DNA from: Nitrosopumilus sp.
Lineage (GTDB): Archaea; Thermoproteota; Nitrososphaeria; Nitrososphaerales; Nitrosopumilaceae
Direction of reading: 5' to 3'
NCBI GenBank assembly: GCA_965218785.1
Contig: OZ244650.1
Span: forward strand, 352,001 to 416,000
Length of the DNA stretch: 64,000 nucleotides
Of the stretch, positions 10,375 to 20,129 are shown one piece after another (the first letter of the stretch is position 1; every line of letters begins with the position of its first letter). A program made the translations under genes and the position numbers. A model generated the notes under the pieces. It was not told where the DNA came from. It worked only from the letters and a program-made list of their open reading frames with translations, and did not search any database.

Positions 10375-11694
10375 TTATCCACACTTTGGACACTGCCCAC
10401 CCAGATATGCCTCATCACAGGTACGGCACTTTGTTATTTTCTTGATCATATCTAGTACCCCAGCATCTTTTAGCTTTTCTGCGAGCTCAAACAACTCTTT
10501 GAACTCGTTTCTCTTCTTGATGTTCTCTGCTGACTTGTGCTTTTGACCCTTGCGTGTGGTTCTCCCAGATTCATCAAGCTCTGCTCTGAGTCGTCCCGTA
10601 TCAGATATCGTAAGAAATGGTATGGCCTTTTGATACTCTGCAAACCGCTCAAAGTCTTCTTCGACATACCTCTCATAGTTTTTCTCAAGACCCACCTTGT
10701 GACCCATCATGTCCTCCTTGTCCAGATAGTTTACCTTGGCACGACGAAGCATCGTGTTAAAGTATTTTCTAAATCCGTGATCCAGTTTTACAGTGTGTCG
10801 CTTTCTTCCGGGCGGAAGTGGAGGTCTGAGACCTACGTTTGTTGCAAGTATATCTACCCGTTTTCTCACACCTGGATGCTGTAGTCTCTTTACTGTGATA
10901 CCTTTGATTCCCCTTAGCAGCGGGTCTGTTGGTTGGGGATACTCTGAAAGATCATTCTTCCATTTTTCCCTGTATGCCCAGAGGTAGTCACATGCCTCCG
11001 GTGTGATAAACGTCCAGTAACTCTCAGGATCCCCGCGATACACCATCAATCCTGCACCCTTGAACCTGCCGTTGCCGTCCCCTTCATCTTTTTCTTCTCT
11101 GAACCAGACTACATCCTGCCATGTAAAATAACTCCATGCCTCTACCCTGAATCCGGCAGATGAGAACATGGTGAGTATCACCTTGTCTGCAAGATCGTGT
11201 GCAACTAAGAGCATCTTTTGTATCTCCTCACGCGTGTATGCCCTGTCTTGTGCGTTTACGGGTCGCGGATACATGTGGTAGAGGCGCTTCCAATGGATTG
11301 CGACATCGTTTGTATCTAACAGCATCTTGATCGGCTTGATATAATTTGGAACCGTATTAGGACTTTTTTTGCCCTGTTCGACTTGCGATATGTGATACTT
11401 TATGTATTCGGCGATGATGTTGGTGCAGATTTTGCCGCTGTTTGCAGCCAGGGTCACAAAGCACTCTGCCTTGGATTCTACCGTATTTGTTGGAACAGGA
11501 CTATTCAGATCCCTGTATATCTTTTCAGTTATCTCATCTAGAAACATCCGGAGGTGCCTGACGTAATATCTTCTGGTTTCGGCGGTTTTTATGCCATCGA
11601 GGAATCTCTGATATGGTATCCCCTTCTCAGATATTGCGTTTAAATCTAGGTTTAACATCCGTATTTTACTCTCTGGGTCTGATTTAAGGCGCAT
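10375..11694 (-). CDS. Tyrosine recombinase/integrase with C-terminal zinc ribbon
   Basis: SAGFRVE, HGFRKYF, MGHK..NY catalytic motifs; C-terminal CRTC..CPKC; begins 6 bp from the tRNA-Lys att copy. Confidence 0.9.
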   Translation of the reverse strand: MRLKSDPESKIRMLNLDLNAISEKGIPYQRFLDGIKTAETRRYYVRHLRMFLDEITEKIYRDLNSPVPTNTVESKAECFVTLAANSGKICTNIIAEYIKYHISQVEQGKKSPNTVPNYIKPIKMLLDTNDVAIHWKRLYHMYPRPVNAQDRAYTREEIQKMLLVAHDLADKVILTMFSSAGFRVEAWSYFTWQDVVWFREEKDEGDGNGRFKGAGLMVYRGDPESYWTFITPEACDYLWAYREKWKNDLSEYPQPTDPLLRGIKGITVKRLQHPGVRKRVDILATNVGLRPPLPPGRKRHTVKLDHGFRKYFNTMLRRAKVNYLDKEDMMGHKVGLEKNYERYVEEDFERFAEYQKAIPFLTISDTGRLRAELDESGRTTRKGQKHKSAENIKKRNEFKELFELAEKLKDAGVLDMIKKITKCRTCDEAYLGGQCPKCG

Positions 11695-11699
11695 ATAGC

Positions 11700-11713
11700 A
11701 ACGGGTCTAGAGG
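11700..11713. repeat. att site: 14-bp direct repeat of tRNA-Lys 3' end
   Basis: aacgggtctagagg identical at 11700-11713 and 21507-21520. Confidence 0.85.
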
Positions 11714-11927
11714 TTGTCGCAGCCACAGTGGATGCGGGTCTGCTTTGTAATAATGATGATGATGACAGAGGCGATTGGAACGCCTACAATATTCCTACAT
11801 TATTTTTTATTCTATTAGATATTATCATGAAAGTCATATGTTGATTTTGATCGATATTAATTATGACCAAAATGATCAGTATTATGAATAAAAGTTAATT
11901 TATTCTGTCAACTAATCATCCGTAATA

Positions 11928-12902
11928 ATGATAAACATAAGAATTGACAAAGGCATACGGCATGGAAGTTTTAATATAAATGGAATCAATGGTAGCTTCC
12001 CAACTCAAATGATAACTAGTCGAAATCTAAACCATGCCAAAAATATGTATTTTGAGCCCTTTGATTTTAAGACTAAAATTGTGGAAATTATAGAGCATTG
12101 TCCAAAAAAACTTGTAAATGATGAAGCATATAGAAAAAGACGAACTGAGCAAATCTCAAAGATTATTCAAAAACATCATCATGAGTATTTCTTTATGCTT
12201 GTACTAGGTGGTATTAAATCATCTTCTCTTAAATTTACTAAGAATAATAATGAGATTTTAATTGATTTTCAAAAAAAATGTGGTTTTTCATTCATTAAGA
12301 TATTCTTTAAAAATACAAACAATGCAAAAGAATATGATCATTATCGAACATTGATTCCTAGAGGTAAATTTATTGCTGTTCTAGATGAAAATATGCCACA
12401 TAACACTTTCACATCATTGTATATGAAATGTCTGAATAACAAAGATGAGATAGTCGGATTTTTTGGAAGAGAACCAAGTAAAAATAAAAAACTCATTAAC
12501 AATATGCTGAATTTCATATTCATAAAAAATAGACCATACGATAAAATTTTGAGAGTGTCTTCATTCACATCCAAATCAGTTAACTCTATAGTACTTTCAT
12601 TGATTCTAAACATCTATGGATTTGATGCATTTTCATTTCGTTCAAATAGATTACCATCACCCAAAAAGAATTATCCATTAAAAGCATTATCTGGTCTCCG
12701 TTATGTTGAACTAGTAAGCCATACTAAACTTGTTTGTGCAATAACAATGAAAAATCTTTATCAATCATCACAAGAATTTGGCATAAAATTTGGAAATACA
12801 ACTGTGCCACCAACAACACATGACATAGTTAGATTAAATGAACAGTTTCAAAAATTACACAAAAAATACACTAGAAAATTATTGGAAGATATGATTAAAT
12901 GA
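11928..12902 (+). CDS. Hypothetical AT-rich protein, possibly divergent TGT-like TIM barrel
   Basis: 324-aa ORF; N-terminal RHGSFNINGINGSFPT, GFDAFS and C-terminal HDIVRLNEQF loosely recall the TGT layout. Confidence 0.55.
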   Translation: MINIRIDKGIRHGSFNINGINGSFPTQMITSRNLNHAKNMYFEPFDFKTKIVEIIEHCPKKLVNDEAYRKRRTEQISKIIQKHHHEYFFMLVLGGIKSSSLKFTKNNNEILIDFQKKCGFSFIKIFFKNTNNAKEYDHYRTLIPRGKFIAVLDENMPHNTFTSLYMKCLNNKDEIVGFFGREPSKNKKLINNMLNFIFIKNRPYDKILRVSSFTSKSVNSIVLSLILNIYGFDAFSFRSNRLPSPKKNYPLKALSGLRYVELVSHTKLVCAITMKNLYQSSQEFGIKFGNTTVPPTTHDIVRLNEQFQKLHKKYTRKLLEDMIK

Positions 12903-12908
12903 ATAAGA

Positions 12909-13133
12909 CTAACAGTTGTCTTTGATTGTATTGTAATATATTTTCAAACCAATACTAAAGCCATCCTGACAAATTTTTTCTGCTCTATTACCTAGAATTT
13001 TTATTAACGCCTTGTTAAAATGCACACAATCGTCTATCTCGCAATTACATTTTTTATGTTCATTAAAATAATTTCTGAATCTATTAAAATCTTGTTCTAG
13101 TGTATCTGCTTCTACACTCCATTTTTTTTCCAT
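12909..13133 (-). CDS. Small hypothetical protein (Cys/His cluster)
   Basis: 74-aa ORF with HKKCNCEIDDCVH. Confidence 0.45.
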   Translation of the reverse strand: MEKKWSVEADTLEQDFNRFRNYFNEHKKCNCEIDDCVHFNKALIKILGNRAEKICQDGFSIGLKIYYNTIKDNC

Positions 13134-13253
13134 AAATTCAATTTCATAAGTCAGGATCTTGTTAGGCGGTAACTAACTGTTTATGGATCATATTGATCTA
13201 TTTTAATTGACAAAAAGTAATCGTAGAAATTAGTAAATTATGATTTGTCCTTT

Positions 13254-16103
13254 CTATCTATCTTTTCTGCATTTTCTACACCATGATTGTGGTCTAGTGA
13301 TCCCATCCATATTCCTAAACCCAAACCCCGTCTCAATCTTCTGTCGTGATTGAGCCATCTTACCACATTTGGGACATTTGGCATACTCGTTTGCTGACAC
13401 TTGAGTCTTGTTGTGCTTGTCAATTATTCCTCGAACTTCACTTGGATGGAACGCAACATCCCACGTCCAGGTTCCATAGTTGCCGTCCTCGTTTACCACA
13501 TCTATCCATTCCTCCAGATATCTGCGCTTTTCCTTGTTCTGATTGTCATCAATTCCTTTGATCTCAAGAACCAGCGTTACGTTGTTCTTTAATCGAATCA
13601 GAAAATCTGGATAATAATCATGCAGTATTCCGTTATACAGATATCTTATGACAAACCCGATATGATCGTTTTTGACCCATGAGACCACGTTTTTGTTTCT
13701 CTCCAGTTCTTGTCCTGCACCTATCTCCCATCCTGAATCATATACTGCCAGATTGATGTGAGATTTTGTCGTATATTCTGCAGGCTTTTTTGTGTACCAG
13801 GGACGCATGTCTGATGTTGATTTGATGGATTTGTTTGGGTTTAGATGAATACATCTCTTCTCTATATTAGAGTCAGTTATACTCTTGCAGACATGGGATA
13901 CGATCTTTTGCATGTTGAATAGAAGGGTCATTCTTGTCCGCAGTTCATCATCAGATACGTCTACGACGTTGATCTTGTCTGAATGGATGAATTCCTCTAC
14001 AAGTCTTATGACCTGTATGAGAAGAAACTCCCTGTTTCCCTTCCAACTCAGAGACATGCTATCATAGACGTCCTTTGCTGCAACAAAGACTATCCGTTGC
14101 AGTCTTATCTCTTTGTTTAGCTCGTATAGATCAATCTCTGACATTTTATCCACATGTGGTTTTCCTGCAAGAATCTGGGCCATCCCAACTGTTGTGGCAA
14201 TACCGTCGCTTCGTATCTCCAACGGCTCTATCTTTTCCCAGTCCACTGCAAGTTGTGGAAGAAAATCCACGTCAATTCGGTCTATGTTTGGCCACGAGAT
14301 TTTATGCTCTAATTTTTCAGGATCCGAAGCTATAAGCGTAGTGGAAGATGTAGGTGGTGGTGTGCCGTCTCCCCCTTCATGAGGCAGAAACGTAAACGGC
14401 ACTCCAAATATGTTGACATACTCTGGAGAATACAGACCAGTCTCCGAATCAATCTCATAGGATGTCCTCCGCAGTCCCCTGCCCACTACCTGTTCACACA
14501 ATAACTGACTGGAAAACGCCCTCAGCCCCATGATGTGTGTGACGTTTTTTGCATCCCAGCCTTCAGATAACATCTGCACTGCGATTATGTTTCTTATCTG
14601 CTCACCTGGTTTTCCTATCTTGCCTACTGTATCCACCTTTTCTCTTAGAGATTCTGCCTCATCAGATGTGCTTCCGGCTGATTCTTTTTCCTCTGCCTTG
14701 TTCATCGTAGTCGAATCTATGTGCAGCAGGTGTTCTGCATCTGAAAGTTGTTCCAGACCAAATCCGTTTTTCTCAAACGAATACATGATTCGTGCGGCAG
14801 TCTGTGTTTTGTTGCATACGGTAATCATGACTGGTGGAATCTTTGATTCTTGTTTATCCCAAAGCTTTTTTGTCTCAATCCAGTCCTGACCCAGAAGAAA
14901 ATATGCGTTTGATATCAGATCTGGCAATTTTTCATGTGGTTTTGCGTTTCTGTTGAGATCCGGTTTGACCTCGTCGTCTCTATACAGATGATAGAATCTG
15001 GAGCGATATTCCTTTGAGAATCTTCCACCATCGTCTCTGATTGCAATTCTCGGGGTCTTGGTCAGACCAGACTCGATTGCATCATTTAGTGAAAAATCAG
15101 ACACTATCCACTCAAACAGTGTGTCCTCTGTCACGTTTTTACCAGACGGTATAAACGGGGTTGCTGAAAAATCAAAGCAGTGTGTGATGTTTCTTGCTTT
15201 GTGTATTTTGTCCAGTCCTTCAATCCAGCGCTTGTCCCGTTCAAGATCCTTTTGTGAGATATTTGTAGCCTGATCTGCATTTGCCCGGTATGCATGGTGT
15301 GCCTCATCGTTTATGACGATGATGTTGTTATAGTCGTGTCCTAGTATTCTTTTTGCAAAGACACCGTCGCTTTCAGGACCCAGTTTTACCACACTTCTTG
15401 CAGCATCTGTCTCAGACATCAGGGTATGCCAGTTGTGTAGGCTGAATCTGCCCTGAAACAATCTCTCATAAAACGGTTCTGGCACTATACCAAACAAATC
15501 ATAGAAATTATCCTCGTTGGTTGGATACAGTACCCGCAGCCTTGACTTTACGGTCAGTCCAGGTGCCATGATCAGAATGTTCTTTGAGAATCGTACATCC
15601 TGCGGATTTGTTACCTTGTTGATTATCTGCCATGCAATCATCATTGCCATTACTACTGTCTTACCTGTTCCAGTTGCCATTTTACAGCACAGTCTCTGAA
15701 ACAATCCCCCGTCTGAGGGAATGTGTATTCCCTGTTTTTCTGCATCCGATGCCTCAACTAGCCAGATCAGAGTCTCCATTGCCTCCAGCTGGCAGTAAAA
15801 GAACTGGTTTTCCCGCAGGTCCTTGTTTTTCCAGAATTGGAGCAGTTGTCTTGTTACTCCCGTTACATCTGGATAGTCTCTTTCTCTCCAGTCATCGACT
15901 CTTTGGCGTATCCTGTTTACCAATTTAAGCTCCCGAAACTCTCCTGGATCATCAAATGACTTGCTGTCCTGTGATGCAATGAGGAATCCTGCAGGTCTTC
16001 TTCCCGGAGTCAGATCGAATTTTCTTTTTGTGCGGTCATACTTCCAGTGCTGGGATGGTTTTTCATATGGATTGCATACTATAAGATTTTTAATTCCAGA
16101 CAT
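13254..16103 (-). CDS. res: Type III restriction enzyme Res subunit with C-terminal Zn finger
   Basis: KMATGTGKT, INDEAHH, FSATP, MLSEGWD, QVVGRGLR, nuclease YYPDF..LEIKG; C-terminal CPKC..WCRKC. Confidence 0.93.
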   Translation of the reverse strand: MSGIKNLIVCNPYEKPSQHWKYDRTKRKFDLTPGRRPAGFLIASQDSKSFDDPGEFRELKLVNRIRQRVDDWRERDYPDVTGVTRQLLQFWKNKDLRENQFFYCQLEAMETLIWLVEASDAEKQGIHIPSDGGLFQRLCCKMATGTGKTVVMAMMIAWQIINKVTNPQDVRFSKNILIMAPGLTVKSRLRVLYPTNEDNFYDLFGIVPEPFYERLFQGRFSLHNWHTLMSETDAARSVVKLGPESDGVFAKRILGHDYNNIIVINDEAHHAYRANADQATNISQKDLERDKRWIEGLDKIHKARNITHCFDFSATPFIPSGKNVTEDTLFEWIVSDFSLNDAIESGLTKTPRIAIRDDGGRFSKEYRSRFYHLYRDDEVKPDLNRNAKPHEKLPDLISNAYFLLGQDWIETKKLWDKQESKIPPVMITVCNKTQTAARIMYSFEKNGFGLEQLSDAEHLLHIDSTTMNKAEEKESAGSTSDEAESLREKVDTVGKIGKPGEQIRNIIAVQMLSEGWDAKNVTHIMGLRAFSSQLLCEQVVGRGLRRTSYEIDSETGLYSPEYVNIFGVPFTFLPHEGGDGTPPPTSSTTLIASDPEKLEHKISWPNIDRIDVDFLPQLAVDWEKIEPLEIRSDGIATTVGMAQILAGKPHVDKMSEIDLYELNKEIRLQRIVFVAAKDVYDSMSLSWKGNREFLLIQVIRLVEEFIHSDKINVVDVSDDELRTRMTLLFNMQKIVSHVCKSITDSNIEKRCIHLNPNKSIKSTSDMRPWYTKKPAEYTTKSHINLAVYDSGWEIGAGQELERNKNVVSWVKNDHIGFVIRYLYNGILHDYYPDFLIRLKNNVTLVLEIKGIDDNQNKEKRRYLEEWIDVVNEDGNYGTWTWDVAFHPSEVRGIIDKHNKTQVSANEYAKCPKCGKMAQSRQKIETGFGFRNMDGITRPQSWCRKCRKDR

Positions 16104-18649
16104 TATTCAAGCCCGATGATCTTTAGGGATTCAATTCCACGGTCGTCGATTATTTTTACAGCTACTCTCTTGTTGGGACCTGCCTCAAACGGGATTGATT
16201 CTGTTCCATGATATTTTTCAATTAATTCTTCATCAATCTTAGATTGTAGTGTCTTTGCAAGTTTTGTCCAACCCCCAGTATTTCCCTCCATTGGAAAGAA
16301 CACCTGTTGCGGATAGACGCTTCTGCCGTCATAATCTTTATCTAGCATCCACATTGCAATCTTGGAAGCACTTCCTGATTCAACTTCACCGGTTCTTGTA
16401 TTGTAATAGTCAAAGCCGTTTACTGTTATGATGTATCTTTTATCTTTGGTTTTTTTCAGTTCAACATCGGGTTGACCCATAAGCCAGAATGATTCATTGC
16501 TTGAGCGTTTCTTTTTTAGATCCTGTGTTAAAAGATCCTTGTTCATCTCGACTTGTAGTATGGTAACATTAGGCCAATTTGTTTTTTCAATGTCTTTTGC
16601 AGCTTCAGGATCAAATTGCATTGCAGCAAAGATTATCATCTTGGGTTTTGGAATTAATGATTGCGCTTCTTCTAATGCCAATGCAACCTGACGTTGTTCT
16701 AGTGGAGCATGTTCAGGACCAAAGGATATCATTACACGTTTTGGTTTGTCTTCTTTTGTCTCAGCATCTGCATGAAGCCATTTAGTTGCAGGATGTGTTT
16801 CTACTTTGATAAATTCAATTTTTTGTTTATTTTTGCCACGTATTCCTGTCTTGGATAATTCTTCCCGCCATTGTTCTTGATGTGAAATTTGGAATGTTAA
16901 CGTATTTGTACTGAAATGTTCTTCAGACAAGATATCTAATGATTTTACAGTTGGAGATGGAACCGCCTCTACTGTAAATGGTCCGGTTATTCTAATTTTA
17001 TTTTTTTGTATAAACGGCTGATCATATAGTGTCTCTGTTTGCGGTGGTTCATTGTTAGCAATAGAGCCTAGTGTAATGTGTGGAACTGTCTTATATTCAA
17101 ACCCCGATGATATTCCTTCTTGTGGTTTATTCAATTGATAATAGTCAAATTTGGATGTCATCAATCTTTGTTTGGTTAATGCTATTGCAATTCGTGAGGT
17201 ATCACATGTGATCCAGCGTCGTCCCCACTGTTCTGCAACATATGCTGTTGTTCCAGAACCGCAAGTTGGATCAAGAACAATATCGCCTGGATCTGTTGTC
17301 ATCAATAGACATCTAGAAATTACTTTTGTCGAAGTTTGTACTGCAAAAATTTTCCCAAATTCACCTTGAGTATCATACCATATATTGTTTAATTCTGAAA
17401 CTGGATAGTCATCAAAATATCGTATATAATTAAGAGTATTACCAGGTGCAATTAACCTTCCTGCTTTCTCTAGACTATTCATGCCTTTCTTATTTGTTTG
17501 CCAACTTCTTCCTTTAACAGGATTAAATTTTTTCCCTTCAAATTCATATTCAAAAAACGTGCTATCTGAATATGCCATTGCTGAAAGTTTGTCGCCAATA
17601 AAAATTTTAGAGTCTATAGGCAAAAGATGAGGATTTATTTTTTCTTCATTTTTTAATGGTCTTCTACTTCCATCTGGAAATTCGACCCAATTGTATCTGC
17701 TATCTAAATTCATTGTTTTCTCAATGAAAATTGTATGAAACTTTGTCTTTTTCTTATCTTTTGCATACCATAAAATATAATCTGTTACTTGAGGAATGAA
17801 AACAGAAGTTATAACCCCTCTAGTTCTAAAATCAATAATGCTAATAAAATTTTGTGGCTTAAATATCTCATCTAAAATTTCTTTTACATGATGTAAATTT
17901 TCACTGGAAATCTGTACAAAAACACTACCACTTTCAGTAAGTAATTTTTGTGACAACAATAATCTATTTCTCAAATATCCCAAATAGGAATGAATTCCAA
18001 GCTCCCAGGTATCCCTGAACGCTTTTATCATTTCAGGTTCTTGTGTTAAATCTTCATCTTTACCATCCTTGACATCTCGTTTGTTTACAAACGGCTGAAA
18101 ATTTGAACCATATTTGATTCCATATGGAGGATCTATGTATATCATCTGCACCTTGCCTCCCATTCCTTCTTTTTCTAACAGTGAATTCATTACCAAAAGG
18201 GAATCTCCAGCAATCAGTCTGTTTGACCAGTTGTGTTCATGTTTGTAAAACTCTATGGCATCTCGTAATGGCGGATTATTCTCAGGTGTTTCAAAATAAT
18301 TAAACATGGTTGCCTGCTGTGCTATTTGTGGCTTCATTGCTTTTTCCAGAATAGTATGTGGATCAATTCTCTCATGGACATGCAAGGAGACGGTATCTAC
18401 CTCAAATTCGGAATTTTCTGTTTTCCCAGACCACTGTAATTGCGGATCAAGTCGCGGATTATACGTGTATTTCTTGCTTGGCTGATCGGGATCAGTTCCA
18501 GGAGTGACCAGCCCCACAGGAGGATTGTTTGGTCTTTTTGCATCTCCATGAGTATATTGATTGACTGTCTTTTTTTCCGACTTTAATTTGCTTTTTGAAC
18601 GATTGATTTTCTTCTTCAACACCCTCTTTGGCAAATTTATAGGACACAA
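16103..18649 (-). CDS. mod: Type III R-M adenine methyltransferase (Mod)
   Basis: YIDPPY, DPTCGSGTT, C-terminal VAVKIIDDRGIE; TAATG overlap with res. Confidence 0.93.
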   Translation of the reverse strand: MCPINLPKRVLKKKINRSKSKLKSEKKTVNQYTHGDAKRPNNPPVGLVTPGTDPDQPSKKYTYNPRLDPQLQWSGKTENSEFEVDTVSLHVHERIDPHTILEKAMKPQIAQQATMFNYFETPENNPPLRDAIEFYKHEHNWSNRLIAGDSLLVMNSLLEKEGMGGKVQMIYIDPPYGIKYGSNFQPFVNKRDVKDGKDEDLTQEPEMIKAFRDTWELGIHSYLGYLRNRLLLSQKLLTESGSVFVQISSENLHHVKEILDEIFKPQNFISIIDFRTRGVITSVFIPQVTDYILWYAKDKKKTKFHTIFIEKTMNLDSRYNWVEFPDGSRRPLKNEEKINPHLLPIDSKIFIGDKLSAMAYSDSTFFEYEFEGKKFNPVKGRSWQTNKKGMNSLEKAGRLIAPGNTLNYIRYFDDYPVSELNNIWYDTQGEFGKIFAVQTSTKVISRCLLMTTDPGDIVLDPTCGSGTTAYVAEQWGRRWITCDTSRIAIALTKQRLMTSKFDYYQLNKPQEGISSGFEYKTVPHITLGSIANNEPPQTETLYDQPFIQKNKIRITGPFTVEAVPSPTVKSLDILSEEHFSTNTLTFQISHQEQWREELSKTGIRGKNKQKIEFIKVETHPATKWLHADAETKEDKPKRVMISFGPEHAPLEQRQVALALEEAQSLIPKPKMIIFAAMQFDPEAAKDIEKTNWPNVTILQVEMNKDLLTQDLKKKRSSNESFWLMGQPDVELKKTKDKRYIITVNGFDYYNTRTGEVESGSASKIAMWMLDKDYDGRSVYPQQVFFPMEGNTGGWTKLAKTLQSKIDEELIEKYHGTESIPFEAGPNKRVAVKIIDDRGIESLKIIGLE

Positions 18650-18714
18650 ATAATAGTGTTACACTATAAATTTTATGCTTAGAACTTTAGATTAAGAATG
18701 ATACATGCATTGAT

Positions 18715-19032
18715 GTGAACAAGTCAAAATTACCTCATCTCACCTCGATTTTGCGAATATTGGCAAAAAAGGGTGTTTATGATATTTTCTTACACATAAA
18801 AAATCAAGACAGTCTATACTATAACGATGTGTTAAATTATGCGATGAATAATCACATAATCAAAAGTCGTGCATCTGTAACCACCACCCTGAATTCTCTT
18901 ACAGAATATGGATTGCTTGAAAGAAACGTCGTACAAGATAAACCGGTAAGAGTTTGTTATATGGTAAGTGAAAAAGGATACAAAATGATTAGATATCTCA
19001 AAGAAATAGAAAAGATAACCAAAATAAAATAA
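18715..19032 (+). CDS. Winged-helix (HxlR-like) transcriptional regulator, divergent from mod
   Basis: SRASVTTTLNSLTEYGLLER...PVRVCYMVSEKG wHTH pattern. Confidence 0.75.
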   Translation: MNKSKLPHLTSILRILAKKGVYDIFLHIKNQDSLYYNDVLNYAMNNHIIKSRASVTTTLNSLTEYGLLERNVVQDKPVRVCYMVSEKGYKMIRYLKEIEKITKIK

Positions 19033-19174
19033 CAGTAAAATATTCAATCATATAAAAAATAATTAAATTAATACATTTTATTGCACAATCTGTCTAATGT
19101 AGATTAAAAGTCATATTATCTTGTAATTAAAAATCAAGTTATGTAATAAAACATGTTAATTTTATGTATATGAG

Positions 19175-19786
19175 TTAAATAAAAATTTCATAAATTCGCA
19201 AACAATATCCTGTTTTAAATTCTACATCTGATATTTTTTTTATCCTACAATCAATCAGATTTTTTGATGTTTTGGCATATCTTTTGAATGTATCTGAACG
19301 TTCAATATTTTTTTCTTTACATCTGTCAATATACTGTTGATTTACATATGTACTACTTCCATCAAAAAAATCATTTAAGCAATTATTTCTAAAATAATTT
19401 ACCATTTTTTCATCAGCTACATATATTAGAAAACACTTTGAATCGGGAAATTTTATCTTGTATTTTGACATCTTGAATATATCACTAAAAACAGTTCCAG
19501 CCATCATTGGAAAAGGTCTAGTAGTGTTTCCAGTTGACGGTCTATGAAATTTTAATTCAAATACAAATTCAAACCCATGCATTGCTATGCGTAAGTCAAT
19601 CCGTGTGTTAGGTAATTCTAGTGGTGCGTATTCTATGCTTATTTGATCTTGATCGATCTGCACTTTGATAAATGCTTCAATCAACATATCACGAATTATG
19701 TGTTCTGTATTGTGTATCCTGGTTTCAAGTCTATGTTCGAGATTTCTGATAAAATCCTCAAAAACTGGATCGAGATCACTGTTCAT
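19175..19786 (-). CDS. PD-(D/E)xK-family nuclease-like protein
   Basis: E..IRD.L / IEY / RIDL / FELKF catalytic-type pattern. Confidence 0.6.
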   Translation of the reverse strand: MNSDLDPVFEDFIRNLEHRLETRIHNTEHIIRDMLIEAFIKVQIDQDQISIEYAPLELPNTRIDLRIAMHGFEFVFELKFHRPSTGNTTRPFPMMAGTVFSDIFKMSKYKIKFPDSKCFLIYVADEKMVNYFRNNCLNDFFDGSSTYVNQQYIDRCKEKNIERSDTFKRYAKTSKNLIDCRIKKISDVEFKTGYCLRIYEIFI

Positions 19787-20061
19787 ATCAATTTACCTAA
19801 TATAGCATCAAGATCTTTTATTCTATTTGATAGATATTTGGATCTTTCTTCTTTTGGAATATATTTTGCACATTCCTGTAAATCCATTATATATTTTGTA
19901 AAAATCTTATCAAAGTTTTTGTCCACAATCTTGGCAGCCTTGCGCAGATTCTGTAAATTCAGATTCTCCAGATCATCCTTTCTTCCAAGAAAATACTGTG
20001 AATTGCCTGCCAGCAGGTACAGATATTCGGTTCCCTGCCGTCTTTTTATGAATATACCCAT
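19783..20061 (-). CDS. Small protein with GxxYLY...YFLG motif, divergent from integrase
   Basis: IKRRQGTEYLYLLAGNSQYFLG resembles beta-hairpin DNA-binding domains of archaeal mobile elements; ATGA overlap with nuclease gene. Confidence 0.6.
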   Translation of the reverse strand: MGIFIKRRQGTEYLYLLAGNSQYFLGRKDDLENLNLQNLRKAAKIVDKNFDKIFTKYIMDLQECAKYIPKEERSKYLSNRIKDLDAILGKLI

Positions 20062-20129
20062 GATTTATCTGTATCATGCTACATGATAAATCTTTAAATA
20101 AAGGTTTGTATCATATAACATGATACAAA

